From contig CAVZYA010000002.1 in the NCBI GenBank assembly GCA_963779415.1, positions 992,001 to 1,056,000 of the forward strand: 64,000 bases of DNA. The letters run 5' to 3'. The DNA comes from an uncultured Acidobacteriota bacterium (GTDB lineage Bacteria; Acidobacteriota; Thermoanaerobaculia; UBA5066). The position numbers were made by a program, and so were the translations under genes. Positions 47,668 to 58,571 of this stretch are shown one piece after another. Positions within the stretch are counted from its first letter, which is position 1; every line of letters begins with the position of its first letter. The notes under the pieces were generated by a model that was not told the origin of the DNA, made no database searches, and worked only from the letters and a program-made list of their open reading frames with translations.

Positions 47668-49555
47668 CTAGGGCTCCGCCACGACGGTCGTCCGCGCGAT
47701 CCCGGTACGGTTCTCGAGGAGGTCGGCGACGGAGACCGAGAGGCTCCATTTTCCGGGGGCGAGGGTCAGCGAAAGGATCTTCGAGGTCTGCGTCCCCGAG
47801 GCCGCGGAGTACTCCTTTCCGGTCATCGCGAGGAAGAGGTCCTCGGAGAAGCTCTCGCGCCCCTTCCCCTCGGCCGAGTCGGCCACGACGCTGATCCGCG
47901 TCGACGCCACGAGGCCGTCTTCCTCGGCGAGGAACTTCAGGTCGTCGACCGCGATCTTCACCTCCAGCTTGTAGAGGTTCTTCCCGTCGACGCCGGGAGC
48001 GGGGCTCTTCCCCTTCCAGTCGATCGAGACGTCGATCGGTTTTCCGACGAGCCGTGCGGCGCCCGGCCGCTTCGCATCCGTCGACGCACGAAGACGCTGC
48101 CGGTCTGCCTCGGCCACGGCCGCCTCGGCTCGTTGCCCCGGGACCTTCGGCTGGTACGCCGACCGGGAGAAGACCCGGACGCCGCTCTTCTTCACGCGGA
48201 CCTCGACTTTGTACGAGCGGCGCGGGTCGACGTCCGTCATCCGGATCCCGAGGCGATAGGCCCCGGACGACGCGTCGAGAAAGACCGCGAGCGAGCCGGC
48301 GACATCCCCAGACTGGAGGCGCGCGAGCCCCCCCGTCGTCGCCGCGAGGTTCGTCCCGGTCTCCTGCATCGACTGACGTTCGCTCGAGAGAGGCCGGAAG
48401 CGCTCGGCCGGCCCCTGCGCGGCCGTAGGGAGGTCCGTCGCGCGGGACGGGTCGAGAAAATCGAAGGTGATCCCCGTGCCGGCGATCCACCGTCGCGAAG
48501 TCGTCGTACTCGGTCAGCTGCGTCGCCTGGATGCCGTTGACCGCGGAGCCGGGCATCCCCGGAAGGGCGGCGGCCGTCCGGGGGTCGGGCGCTCCGCCTC
48601 TCCGAATGGTCGACTGGGAGGCGACAGATGCCGCCTGGAGGAGGTTGAAGCCCGGATACCGCTCGAACCCGCGCGAGACGAAGACGACGGTCTTCCGTCC
48701 GTCGAGAAGCGCGTACTCCTCGCAGACCTTCCTCATCCCCTCGACGAGGTCGCGGACGCGCGCCCGCTCGGCCTGGACGAACCGTCCGATGTTCTGCCAC
48801 GCCTCGGCCATGAAGCGCGGGTCGGGAAAGGACGACGACATGTAGTCCTGGATGGCACGGGCGAGGTCGTCGAGGAGCCTCCGCTCGAGGGACTGTCTGG
48901 CCTCGTAGTTCCGGGGGCTGTCCGCATAGGCCGTTCCCTGCCGGGATGTGCCGTCGGAGACCGATGCGACCTCGCGGGCGTCCTCGGCAGCCGCCTCGGC
49001 CATCGTCTCGAGGGCGGCGGTGACCCTGTCCCGTGACTCTTCCTCGAAAACGAGGGTCGAGGAGCGCCCGAAGTGCGAGACGACCGAGAAGCGGGTGGGG
49101 GGCGGGACGCGGGAGAGGGCCTCCGAGATGGCGGGCACCGATTCGCTGACCGCGAGAAGCGGCAGGTCCTCGAGGTCGACGAAGACGAGGAGGTGCGGCG
49201 CGGGACGGGAGCCGGCCTCTGCGGGGGCGGTCGTCCCCGGGAGCGTCGGAGGAGCGACGGCGGCCGTGCCGCCTTCCGGCGCGGCGCCGGGACGCGGCGC
49301 CGGCGGGTCGAAGAACTCGAGGGGCTGGGCTCGTCCGGCGATCCGGACCTCGAAGTCGTCTTTCGTGAGGCCGGGGACGGGGCGGTCCTTCCCGTCGAGG
49401 GCGAGGACGTCCAGCTCGAGGATGTCGACGTCGATCCGGGTGACGACCTGGCCGGCGCGGGCGGGGGTTGGCGTCGGCGGCGTCTGGGCGGAGACCGGAA
49501 GCGCGAGGAGCCCCGCGAGGAGGCACGCGACGGCGATGCGGCGTCGGGGTGTCAG
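47668..49555 (-). CDS. Secreted VWA-domain protein (acidobacterial VWFA type), frameshifted ~48360-48490
   Basis: Signal peptide, PVPGLTKDDFEV, DGRKTVVFVSRG, LAATTGG, AYRLG; start uncertain (CTG overlapping the upstream stop). Confidence 0.75.
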
Positions 49556-49890
49556 GCTTTCGGCTTCCCCGGGGCGATCGCGGGCCTCGTTGCGGAGGCC
49601 CTTCGGGCGCCTTCCGGGATCTGGAGCGGCCCGGTCTTCAGATCCTCCCGGATGATGAGGTCGAGGAAGAGGGCACGGACGCCGTCCCGTCCCTCCACCT
49701 TGAAGACCCTCCGGACCTCTTTCGGCGAAAGCGTCACGCCGGTCATCGCCTTGAGGTACTGGCAGAAGACGATCGCCCGCGAACGGAACGAGACGACGAG
49801 AATGAAGAGGAGAAGGAGCGCAAACGCGAGCGGAGCGAGATCGGAGAGGCTCCTGATCTCGAAGATGGAGCTCAAGTCCGGGAGCTTCAC
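49552..49890 (-). CDS. Hypothetical single-TM protein
   Basis: 112 aa with one hydrophobic segment; operon spacing. Confidence 0.6.
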   Translation of the reverse strand: MKLPDLSSIFEIRSLSDLAPLAFALLLLFILVVSFRSRAIVFCQYLKAMTGVTLSPKEVRRVFKVEGRDGVRALFLDLIIREDLKTGPLQIPEGARRASATRPAIAPGKPKA

Positions 49891-49957
49891 GCGGGCCCTC
49901 GCCTCCTCGCCGTGCGGTCGGGCGAATCATACTCTGGCCCCCCGCGGGGAAGGCTCG

Positions 49958-50314
49958 TCATCTGTCGAGAAGAGCGCCGCGCGAGATCTCGCGGAGCCGG
50001 GACGCATCTCCCCCCATCGACCACCTGAGCCAGTCGAGGGCCGCCCGTGCCCGCGCGGCGTCGCCGCAGGTGAAGAGGTCGACAGCCGCCTCGCCCCGCT
50101 CCGGCCACGTGTGGATCGTCAGGTGCGACTCGGAGATGACGGCGACGCCGGAGACCCCCTGCGGCTCGAGGCGGTGAAGGTGGACGCCGAGAAGGACCGC
50201 ACCCATCTGGTCGACCGTCGCCATGAGGAGGCGCTCGAGGAGGACGTCGTCGTCGAGGATCTCCCACGAGACTCCGGCGACGTCGAGGAGAAGGTGGATC
50301 CCGAGGGCGCGCAT
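49958..50314 (-). CDS. speD: S-adenosylmethionine decarboxylase proenzyme (class 1b)
   Basis: GVSGVAVISESHLTIHTWPE, DLFTCG. Confidence 0.9.
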   Translation of the reverse strand: MRALGIHLLLDVAGVSWEILDDDVLLERLLMATVDQMGAVLLGVHLHRLEPQGVSGVAVISESHLTIHTWPERGEAAVDLFTCGDAARARAALDWLRWSMGGDASRLREISRGALLDR

Positions 50315-51399
50315 CAGGCCGCCTCGGGGAGCGAGAGGGCGCGGAGAGCCTCGCGGTTCTCCGGGCGAACCTTCCAGATGAAGCCGTCGAGGACGTAGTG
50401 GACGGCCTGCGGGAGGGCGAGGAGAGGGACGAGGAGCGCGAGGACGATGGCGCCCGGGTCGAGCGAGGGGCCCGGAAAGATCGCCCGGTTCTCGTGCCAG
50501 AGGAGCCGGTCCCACCCCCACTCCTCGAGGAACGCGAAGACGAAGAGGGGGAGAAGGAAGAGCGGCAGGCTTCGGGCCGCGCGGAGGGCGAGCGACGGGG
50601 CGCGGCGGGAGAAGGGGGCCGACGCCGCCCGTGCGCGCTCGGTCAGCAGGACGAGGCCGATGTACGGGACACCGTGAATCAGGACGTTCGTCACGGTGAA
50701 GGCGTAGTCGGAGTCGAGGACGACAATCCCGAGGAACCACATCAACGTCGTCGTCAGGACGACGAGGGCTTTCCCCCAGGAGACGGGGAGGCCGCGCCGG
50801 GCCCGTCCCGCCTCCTTGAGCAGCCACGCGGAGAGAAGGCCCGCGAAGAGCGCCATCGCCGCGCGGGCGACTTCGGGGCTGAGGCCGGAGAGAAAGTCGC
50901 CGTCGACGAACCAGTGAAAGCGGCGGGGCTGGTGGGCGTGCCACCAGAGAAGCGGCGCGAGGGTGGCGCCGTAGATGACCGCCGCGTCGAGAACGCGCGC
51001 GACGCCCCCTTCCTCGCCGTTCTTCCGCCGGTAGAGCGCCACCCAGCCGTACTGCTGCCGGACGAAATGGAAGACGGCGACGTATGCCAGAACCCGCCAG
51101 AAGACGAGCGGCGAGAGAGACCAGGCGACGACGCCGGCCGCATAGCAGGCGGCCGGAACGGCGAGGTAGAGGACGCGCCGGCTGCGGAACTCGTCGGCGT
51201 CGGCGTAGACGCGCCAGCCGGTCGCCCAGACGTGCGCGACGTCGACGAAGACGACCGCGGCCAGCCAGAGCCCGAGGGGCGTGTCGCCCTCGAGCAGGCC
51301 GGTCGCGTGCCCGACGAGGAGAAGGAGGAGGGCCGCGGCCGTCGGCCCGGCGAAGAGGCCGAGGTCGACGGCGCGCGAGAAGAGCCAGGCCGAGCGCAT
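50314..51399 (-). CDS. Uncharacterised multi-pass membrane protein coupled to speD
   Basis: DVAHVWAT, FHFVRQQYG, HGVPY, HYVLDGFIW; TGATG overlap with speD. Confidence 0.75.
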   Translation of the reverse strand: MRSAWLFSRAVDLGLFAGPTAAALLLLLVGHATGLLEGDTPLGLWLAAVVFVDVAHVWATGWRVYADADEFRSRRVLYLAVPAACYAAGVVAWSLSPLVFWRVLAYVAVFHFVRQQYGWVALYRRKNGEEGGVARVLDAAVIYGATLAPLLWWHAHQPRRFHWFVDGDFLSGLSPEVARAAMALFAGLLSAWLLKEAGRARRGLPVSWGKALVVLTTTLMWFLGIVVLDSDYAFTVTNVLIHGVPYIGLVLLTERARAASAPFSRRAPSLALRAARSLPLFLLPLFVFAFLEEWGWDRLLWHENRAIFPGPSLDPGAIVLALLVPLLALPQAVHYVLDGFIWKVRPENREALRALSLPEAA

Positions 51400-51411
51400 C
51401 GCGGCGCGATG

Positions 51412-51906
51412 TTATCGCCGGGAGCCCGGAGCCTGCCGCCCCGCCACGCACGCCACCGTCCGGGCCGCCGCGTACGGGACCGTGATGAGGACGGGGCCGA
51501 TGACGAGCGCGGCGCCAGGGTACGAGACGCCGAGGAGGATCCACTGAAAGACGGAATCCATCAGGATGCCCATGAGGAGCAGCGCCGCAATGCTCTCGAA
51601 GCTGTCCCGCAGGAGTTTCCTTCGATGATCCGCGAGAAGGAAGAGACCGCGGAGGAGGGCGGGGCGTCCCGCGGCGGCGTCGGCCCGGCCGCTCCGGATC
51701 CCGATCAGGATCGCCAGCACCGGTTGAATCAGGAACCGGAGCCGGCCCGGCCCGGCGAGGCGCTTCGGGATGTCGAGAAGGAACTCCATCGAGAACAGGT
51801 AGAAGCCTCCGCGCTCCGACGCGTCGCGCAAGGCGCCGGGTATGGACACCCCGAGAACGGCGAGCGTCAGCAAGCCGATCGCCAGCGTCGTCCGTCGGGA
51901 TTTCAC
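51412..51906 (-). CDS. Hypothetical membrane protein
   Basis: GP..LRFLIQP..AILIGIRSG; several TM segments. Confidence 0.65.
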   Translation of the reverse strand: MKSRRTTLAIGLLTLAVLGVSIPGALRDASERGGFYLFSMEFLLDIPKRLAGPGRLRFLIQPVLAILIGIRSGRADAAAGRPALLRGLFLLADHRRKLLRDSFESIAALLLMGILMDSVFQWILLGVSYPGAALVIGPVLITVPYAAARTVACVAGRQAPGSRR

Positions 51907-51925
51907 GGCCGCGCCGCGAGGCCGC

Positions 51926-52492
51926 CTACTTCCGGGCGACGTCCTTCAGCCAGACGGTCTCGGCGCCGTAGTCCTCGGTCACGAGGGCTCCGTCTTCGCG
52001 GATCTTCAGCTTCGCGGCCGGAGCGACCTCGCCGGATCCCTTGCCGTCGGCGTCGAGGACGAGAAGGACGTAGGCGTGGTCGTAGCCCGCCTTCGGCTTC
52101 GCGTTCGGCACGTCGCCGCCGATGTGGATGATCGGCTCGCTGCAGACGATCGTGATGATCTTTCCGCCGCCGGTCGAGCGCGGGAAGGCGAACTTGACCG
52201 GAACCTTGACCTTCGCGCCGCCCTCCACGAAGCCGAGAGTCGGCTGCGCGGCGAGTGCCTTGTTGAGCGCCGCCGCGTCGCCGGCCTTGAAGGCGGCGAG
52301 GAGCGTGTCCCGCTCGGAAGTCGTCAGCATCCGGTCGAGGGAGATCGTCACGGGAGCCGTGTGAAGCTTGCCGTCGGCCGTCTTCATCTCGGCCCGGGCC
52401 GTCCAGGTCTCCTGGGCGTTCGCCGCGCCGGCGGAGAGGATCGTGAGGGCGAGGCCGAGAGCGGCCGGACGAAGCAGGAAGCGCAGAGTCAT
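51926..52492 (-). CDS. Hypothetical secreted protein
   Basis: Signal peptide (ANA-Q), GGAGG RBS, coding-like codon use. Confidence 0.7.
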   Translation of the reverse strand: MTLRFLLRPAALGLALTILSAGAANAQETWTARAEMKTADGKLHTAPVTISLDRMLTTSERDTLLAAFKAGDAAALNKALAAQPTLGFVEGGAKVKVPVKFAFPRSTGGGKIITIVCSEPIIHIGGDVPNAKPKAGYDHAYVLLVLDADGKGSGEVAPAAKLKIREDGALVTEDYGAETVWLKDVARK

Positions 52493-52575
52493 CGTTACCT
52501 CCGGGTCGCGGATCTTACGACGGCGCCGGGCCGGCGCGGGGCCTCCCGCGAATCGGCCCGGTCGTCCCGGAGCGG

Positions 52576-53535
52576 TCACGGCTCCTTGACCGGGCTCCAG
52601 CTCTTGTCCGGGTCGTAGAGCTCCATCGCGCGGAAGTGTTCGAGCGTCTTCGGCCCGAGGTCCTTTTCATAGACGATGCCGTCGTGGCTCACGATGAAGC
52701 TCTTCACGCCGGTCACCCGGTAGTCGGCCGGCGCGGCGACGAGCGCGAAGCCGCCGATCATCACCCCCTCCACGACGAAGTCGATCTTCCCGAGCGGCGC
52801 CGCCGGGCCCTGGCCCTTGAGGACCTTGAAGTAGAAGCCGTGGAACGGCTCGGACTTCTTCGAGTAGCCCTCGGCGATCGCGCGGGCGAGCCCCTCTCCC
52901 AACGGCCCTCCCATGGTCCCGTCGGGGTTCTGCCACGCGAGGCCGTCCTGCTTCCCGGGGGTGCTGATGATCTTCTGCGCGTACTGGTTCACCGGGGAGC
53001 CGTCGTGCTTCTCGAGCGCGTACGCGTGCTGCGCCTCGACGAAGTGGTGGCAGGCCCCGATGGCATTCAGCTCGTTGCCTCCGATCCGGCGGTAGAGGAC
53101 TTCCTTCCGCCCCGCCTTCGAGTCGAAGAGCCACTTCCCCCCTTTGCGGACGATCGGAACCGGCATCGGCCAGTCCTGGTCTCCGATCGAGAGGATCGCG
53201 AGGTTCGGGTTCTTCGCGTCGGGGACGACGTCGTTCTTCTCGCGCGCCTTTGCCGCGAAGGCTTCGATCTGGTTCCTGTCCTGAACCGCGTCGGCGGTGA
53301 CGACGAAGTCCGCGCCGTCCGGCCCGAGGATCTCCTTCAGGGCAGGCACGTCGAGCCTCACCGCCGCGGAAATCAACGCGTCGGCGGCCCCCCTCGCGGA
53401 GTCGAATGTCCGCTGGTGGACGGCGACCGAGGGCTTCTTTGCCGCCGGCGCGACAGGCTCAGCGGCGTCGAGAGCCGGCGCGAAGATGAAGGCGCAGACG
53501 ATTCCTGAGCCAAGCCACTTTTTCATGACGCTCAT
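52576..53535 (-). CDS. DUF2950 family protein
   Basis: WPMPVPIV, RRIGGNEL, PFHGFYFKVL, GVKSFIVSHDG. Confidence 0.85.
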   Translation of the reverse strand: MSVMKKWLGSGIVCAFIFAPALDAAEPVAPAAKKPSVAVHQRTFDSARGAADALISAAVRLDVPALKEILGPDGADFVVTADAVQDRNQIEAFAAKAREKNDVVPDAKNPNLAILSIGDQDWPMPVPIVRKGGKWLFDSKAGRKEVLYRRIGGNELNAIGACHHFVEAQHAYALEKHDGSPVNQYAQKIISTPGKQDGLAWQNPDGTMGGPLGEGLARAIAEGYSKKSEPFHGFYFKVLKGQGPAAPLGKIDFVVEGVMIGGFALVAAPADYRVTGVKSFIVSHDGIVYEKDLGPKTLEHFRAMELYDPDKSWSPVKEP

Positions 53536-54783
53536 CTCCGCCCTCCCCGGCCGCCGCCGCCGCCTCGCGAGCCCCCACCCCCTCCTCGGGAGCTCATGCT
53601 CGAGGAGCCCCGGGAGCTGCTTGCCTTGGCGCTGCTCCCGCTGTAGCCGCCGGAGCCGCCGCCGAAGGCGCCTGAGCTTCCTCCTCCGCGGCTGCTGGCG
53701 CTGGGGCTCGCTCCGGCACCGCCGCCGCCACGCGTGCTGGCGCTCGGGCTCGCTCCGGCACCGCCGCCGCCACGCGTGTTGGCGCTCGGGCTCGCTCCGG
53801 CTCCTCCCTGACGCCCTCCCTGCTGCTGGGCGCTTGCCCCGCGCGAGCCTTGTGAGCCGCCTTTGGCCGACCCGCCGTACTTGTTCGCCGTCGCCTGGCT
53901 CGAGTAGGGCGCGCCGCCGCGGTGCTGCGGAGTTGTGCTGCACGTTGCCGCTGTTGATGTTCGCGTTCCGGTTGTAATTGTTGTTCACGTTGACGTTGAC
54001 GGTGTTGTTGGAGCCCCATCCACAGCCACAGCACGAGCCGCCCCAGACGGCCGCGCCGATCATGACGCCGGCCGTGAAGGAGACGAACGCGGCGCCATAG
54101 GGAGGCGGGGGAGGGTAGTAGACCGGCGGGTAGGGGTAAATCGGCGGCGGGTAGACGACGGTCGGATTGTAGGAAGGGACGTAGATGACCTCGGGGTTCG
54201 AGGGCTGGACGACGATGACCGTCTTCTGCTCGACGACTTGCGTCTCGACCTTCTGCTGCTCGTTCGACGTCAGGGCGCCCTTGTCCTGCGCCTTCTTCCT
54301 CATCCGCTGAACGGCGTCCATGACGTCGCTCTGCTGGTCGAGAAAGGCGTCTCCCAGCTGCGTCGTCCACTGGATGTCGTCCGCGAGCCGCTTCACCACC
54401 TCGGGAACCGCCGCCATCGACTGGATGCTAGGGTCCCATGGCTGCTTGGCGACCGCATCGGCCAGTGCCTTGTCCTTCAGCTTCGGGTTCTTCGCCAGGA
54501 ACTGCTGAAGCTGGACGATCTCGAGCGGGTAGGTGGCCGCCACGAGCGTCTGGGCGAGGAGCGGGTCGGGGTAGAGGGCGATGGGAGCTACCAGGCTATC
54601 GAGCTGGTCGGGGGGGAGCTTCACCGGGGCCGCCTCGGCCCCGGCGGCCGGCGCCGCCGGTTTTGCCGTCTCCTGCGCCAGGAGAGCGCCCTCACCGGGG
54701 AGGAGGAGCAAGGCGCAGAAGAGCGCCAGGAGAGTACGGAAAGACCTATCCCGGAGTCGAGGGCGGAGCGAGAAGGGCATCAT
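53532..54783 (-). CDS. DUF3300 family protein; Gly/Ser-rich tail frameshifted
   Basis: LDSLVAPIALYPDPLLAQ, WDPSIQS, IYVPSYNP; tail ends GGRGGRR* overlapping the DUF2950 ATG. Confidence 0.85.
53696..53801. repeat. 42-bp tandem repeat, about 2.5 copies, encoding GAGASPSASTRGGG
   Basis: TGGCGCT(G/C)GGGCTCGCTCCGGC recurs at 53696, 53738 and 53780. Confidence 0.8.
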
Positions 54784-54890
54784 GGCCACTCCTTAGTGTG
54801 TCCCGAGGATAGGAGCCTTCCGTCGCACCGGCAAGAGTTCGGGATCCGGTCCGGCGGGGCTACGATACCGCGGCAATCGGTTCACCACGA

Positions 54891-54925
54891 CGCGGCGGTT
54901 CGGGGATCGCTCCGGAACCGCCGCG
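54891..54925. promoter_or_regulatory. 11-bp inverted repeat in a divergent intergenic region
   Basis: CGCGGCGGTTC...GAACCGCCGCG. Confidence 0.4.
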
Positions 54926-54950
54926 CGAGAAAACAGAAGGAGAGAGAACA

Positions 54951-55550
54951 ATGAAGATCCACCGCATGCTCATCGGCCCCGTGGCCCTCGCCCTTGCCTT
55001 CTCGGCTGCGCCTCTCGTGGCGCAGGAGACCAAGACTGAATCGGGAAAGAGCGAGCAAGACTGGAAGAACATGAAGAAGGAAGGAAAGCAGAAGGAGGTC
55101 GACTCGGCGGCCGGCGCCGCACTCGATACGCTGCTGAAGGGGAATCCGAAGGCGAAGGAGCTGTACGACAAGGCGTACGGCTGGGCCGCCTTCGACAACC
55201 TGAAGCTCGGGTTCGTCATCTCGGGCAGCGGCGGCAAGGGGGTCGCGGTAGCGAAGAAGACCGGGAAGCGGACCTACATGCAGGTGGGCTCCGCCGGCAT
55301 CGGCCTCACCTTCGGCGGGAAGAAATACGACGTGGTCTTCCTCTTCCAGGACAGCCATACGTTCAACAGCTTCGTGACGAAGGGGTGGCAGGCGACGGCG
55401 GCCGCGAGCGCGGAGGCCGGAAAAGCCGGCGGCGGCGCGCAGACCGGTTTCCAGCACGGGATGGCGATCTACCAGATCGACGCCAAGGGGCTGATGGCGA
55501 GCGCCGACATCTCGGGGACGAAGTACTCCATCGACAAAGACGTCAACTGA
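54951..55550 (+). CDS. YSC84/SYLF-like secreted protein
   Basis: Signal peptide, AYGWAAF, GSGGKGV, GLMASADISGTKY. Confidence 0.8.
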   Translation: MKIHRMLIGPVALALAFSAAPLVAQETKTESGKSEQDWKNMKKEGKQKEVDSAAGAALDTLLKGNPKAKELYDKAYGWAAFDNLKLGFVISGSGGKGVAVAKKTGKRTYMQVGSAGIGLTFGGKKYDVVFLFQDSHTFNSFVTKGWQATAAASAEAGKAGGGAQTGFQHGMAIYQIDAKGLMASADISGTKYSIDKDVN

Positions 55551-56808
55551 CGCTTCCGCCCATTCCCAGCGAGTCCGCACGGTCGGCGCGGGTGCGGTCC
55601 TCGGCGTCGAGGAACGCGCGGTCGACCGTGCGGTGCAGGAGGTCGAGTTCCTCCCGCAGCCGGACGGCCCGCTCCGGTGGCACGACCCGGATCAGGCTCT
55701 CCAGCATGGCCCTCATCCGGCGGGCGATCTGGATGCTGTCCTTGCCGTAGTGCCGGATTTCGGTGACCGCGAGGTCGACGAGGTCCTCCCAGTTCGGCGT
55801 GCGGTAAACCAGGCGCAGTCGCCCGGTCTCGTCGAACACCTGGCCCGTATCCAGGCGCCTGAGGCCGACGGACCGCAGCAGATGGTGAAGCTGGTCGATG
55901 GCGAGCACCGCGGTGGTCGGGTCGTTGATCGCCGGTGACAGCGCCTTCGCGGCCACGTCGACGATGATCCGGAATGCGAACGCCGGGTCCTGCTCCATCG
56001 TCCGTTCGGGCCCGATGGCGATGGACTGCTGAAGATCCCGATCCTCGACGTCGCCACCGCCGTAGAGACGGAAAAGCGGGTCTCCCAGCGCGACGAAGTC
56101 GCCGACCTGGGGGACGACTTCGATTACTCCGTCGGCCCGTCGCGCCAGCGCGGCGAGCCCGGCCGGATCGAACGCGAGGACGACGCCGGGACGGAAATTC
56201 TCGACGGTGCGCCGGCGGTCACCGGCCGACAGGACAGTGGAAGGACCCGGGGCGTTCCCCGTCGCCGCGACAGGTTGGGGATAGACGTCGTTGATGACGT
56301 CGTGCCCGACTCTGCCGATCGAGGTCAGGACGCTGACGGGCCGTAGCGACTTTCCCACCTTGTCGATCATGTAGAGGAAGATGCCGATCGACGCCACGCT
56401 GCTGTAGGCCGCCAGCATCGCGGAGGGCCGCGGCACGGAGTCCTCGATCCGGACGACGACGGCGAGGTCGAACGTGAAAACGAAGACGAAAACCGAGAGC
56501 GAGAGCTTCAGGATCCGGTTTCGATAGAAGTGGGCGATGATCCGCGGCGTCAGCTGGGCGCTCGCGAGCTGCACCGCCAGGAGCAGGATCGAAAAGACGA
56601 AGACGATGAAGGTCAGCAGGGAGGACGAGAGCGCGGTCAGGAGGATCCGTGAGCCTTCCACGCCGACGCGCGGCTGCCATGACAAGAAGTGGTCCGCCGA
56701 CTGCATGAGGCGATTCGCGACGAGCGCGGCCAGGAGACCGAGGAGCGGCGGCAGCCAGACGGAGTTCCTGAGAAGGTTTCTCAGGCGGTACCGCTGCAAC
56801 CAGGTCAT
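55543..56808 (-). CDS. DUF2254 family membrane protein
   Basis: QLASAQLTPR, QDPAFAFR.IVDVA.KALSPAINDPTTA. Confidence 0.85.
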   Translation of the reverse strand: MTWLQRYRLRNLLRNSVWLPPLLGLLAALVANRLMQSADHFLSWQPRVGVEGSRILLTALSSSLLTFIVFVFSILLLAVQLASAQLTPRIIAHFYRNRILKLSLSVFVFVFTFDLAVVVRIEDSVPRPSAMLAAYSSVASIGIFLYMIDKVGKSLRPVSVLTSIGRVGHDVINDVYPQPVAATGNAPGPSTVLSAGDRRRTVENFRPGVVLAFDPAGLAALARRADGVIEVVPQVGDFVALGDPLFRLYGGGDVEDRDLQQSIAIGPERTMEQDPAFAFRIIVDVAAKALSPAINDPTTAVLAIDQLHHLLRSVGLRRLDTGQVFDETGRLRLVYRTPNWEDLVDLAVTEIRHYGKDSIQIARRMRAMLESLIRVVPPERAVRLREELDLLHRTVDRAFLDAEDRTRADRADSLGMGGSVS

Positions 56809-57879
56809 GACGCCAACCGCGAGTCGGCGGGGCCGTCGCCCCGGACCCAGGCCACAAAGAGCGTGTACGTGACGGCGAGGACGACCGGGCCGACGAAGAT
56901 CCCGATGAGCCCGAAGGAGATCATGCCGCCGATGACGCCCGCGAAGATGAGAAGGAGCGGAAGGTCGGCCCCCTTCTTGATGAGGATGGGCTTGAGGAAG
57001 TTGTCGACCAGTCCGGCCACGGCCGACCAGATGAGAACGAACGTCGCCCAGGCGGGGCTCATCGTGCTGAAGGACCAGATCACGACGAGGAGCAGAACGG
57101 GAAGCGGCCCGATCTGGGCGATGGCCAGGATGAACATGAGGACGGTGAGGAGTCCGACGAACGGCACGCCGGCGATCAGGAGGCCGAGGCCCGCGAGAAG
57201 CGACTGGGCGAGCGCGGTCACGATCACCCCCATCGCGACGGCGCGGATCGCCCCACCGGCCAAGTCCACCATGGCTTCGCCCTTCGGGCCGGCCAGCCGT
57301 CGGGTGAACGCCTTGACGCCGGCGACGGCGCTCTCGCCGGACGCATACATCACGGCCGTGATGATGACCGTCAGGAGGAACTGCGCGAGAAGTGCTGGTG
57401 AAGTTTCCGATCCGCTCCCTGATCCAGTGCGCGCCGCCGCTGAGGTAGGGCGAGGCCTGCTGGAGGAGCGCGGGGAGGCCTTCATTCGCGGCGTGGTTCC
57501 AGGTCTCCGCCGCCTTCACGCCCGCGAGCGGAATCTTTTCCAGCCAGGCGGGGGCCGGCGGAAGCTGGCGCGTCGACAGCTTCTGTGCGAACCCGGCGAT
57601 GCCGTCGACGTGCGTCACGACCGCGCCCACCCCGGCGAGGAGCGGCACCATGACGACGCCCAGAAGAGCGATCGTCATGACGGTCACGGCGAGCTTCCGC
57701 TTGCCCCAGAGGAGCCGCTGGAGCGACCGCATCAGCGGCCACGTCGCGACGGCGATCAGGGTGGCCCAGACGATGGCGACGAGGAACGGGCTCAGGATCC
57801 AGAGCGAGGCCGCGATCAGAAGGCCGAGGAAGAGGATCGCAAGGACCGTCCTGGGAAGGTCGGCGCGCGGCTCGTTCAT
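56805..57879 (-). CDS. ydiK: AI-2E family transporter (YdiK-like); frameshift ~57395
   Basis: ATWPL, AQIGP, DNFLKPILIKKGADLP, GPVVLAV. Confidence 0.85.
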
Positions 57880-57918
57880 CGGGGACGGACCTCCTTCAGC
57901 AGCTTCGGCACTGCTTCC

Positions 57919-58296
57919 TCACCCTTCCAGAAGAGTCAGACCGGCCGCCGCGAACCGCCGAAAGTCGCGGGCGTTGGCGGTCGCGAGCGACGCCCCTGCG
58001 CGTAGCGCGCTCGCGGCGATCATGCAGTCCATCAGAGAGCCCCGTCGCCGTCCGGACTCGTTGAAAAGACGCGCGGCGAGGACGGCATCCTCTTCCAGGA
58101 ACGGCGCGCGCTCGGAGACCACGCGCGAGATCAGCTCCAGGTGGCTCGCTTCGAGGGGGCCACAAAGAAGCTCCGCCCATGCAACGGCGCTCATCGCGAC
58201 GGCCTCTCCCGCCTTCAGCCAGGCTCGCAGAGAGCGGTCCTCGGCAGAGCCCCGGACGAGGCTCTTGATCAGAAAACTGGTGTCGAGATGAATCAC
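57919..58296 (-). CDS. vapC: PIN-domain toxin (VapC)
   Basis: HLDTSFLI, AWAE, DCMIAA, LATAN..DF. Confidence 0.9.
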   Translation of the reverse strand: MIHLDTSFLIKSLVRGSAEDRSLRAWLKAGEAVAMSAVAWAELLCGPLEASHLELISRVVSERAPFLEEDAVLAARLFNESGRRRGSLMDCMIAASALRAGASLATANARDFRRFAAAGLTLLEG

Positions 58297-58571
58297 GTCG
58301 ACTCGTGCCGGCCGGACGTAGTACGGCGCTCCCGTTTCGTTAGCCTCGCCCATCGAGCTGCCGCCTCGCTGCTCAAGTCGAGCGAGCGCTGCAGCGTGCT
58401 GAGGGCGGCGAGCGTCTTCGGCGCTCCGGGAGCCGGTCCTCGCGCGGCCGCCCGGATCGTCCGTCGCAGAGCCTCGGACCTGGAAACCCCCCAGCGACGC
58501 GCCATGCCCTCCAGGGCACGGACGGTTTCGACATCCAGGGAGTAGGTAGTTTTCACGGTGGTGATGGCCAT
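58293..58571 (-). CDS. RHH/CopG antitoxin
   Basis: KTTYSLD...ARRWGVSRSEALRR; GTGA overlap with vapC. Confidence 0.85.
   Translation of the reverse strand: MAITTVKTTYSLDVETVRALEGMARRWGVSRSEALRRTIRAAARGPAPGAPKTLAALSTLQRSLDLSSEAAARWARLTKRERRTTSGRHEST

Noticed and set aside
46193-49930. 1245-aa ORF suggesting a VWA-decarboxylase fusion
   Set aside because: Artefact of the VWA frameshift; the VWA C-terminus and stop lie in another frame (47668-48369).
53696-53801. 42-bp repeats as a CRISPR array
   Set aside because: Contiguous in-frame coding repeats with no unique spacers and no cas genes.
52576-57879. Apparent DUF3300-DUF2950 and YdiK-DUF2254 fusions
   Set aside because: Both are frameshift read-throughs; each downstream gene has its own ATG overlapping the upstream stop.
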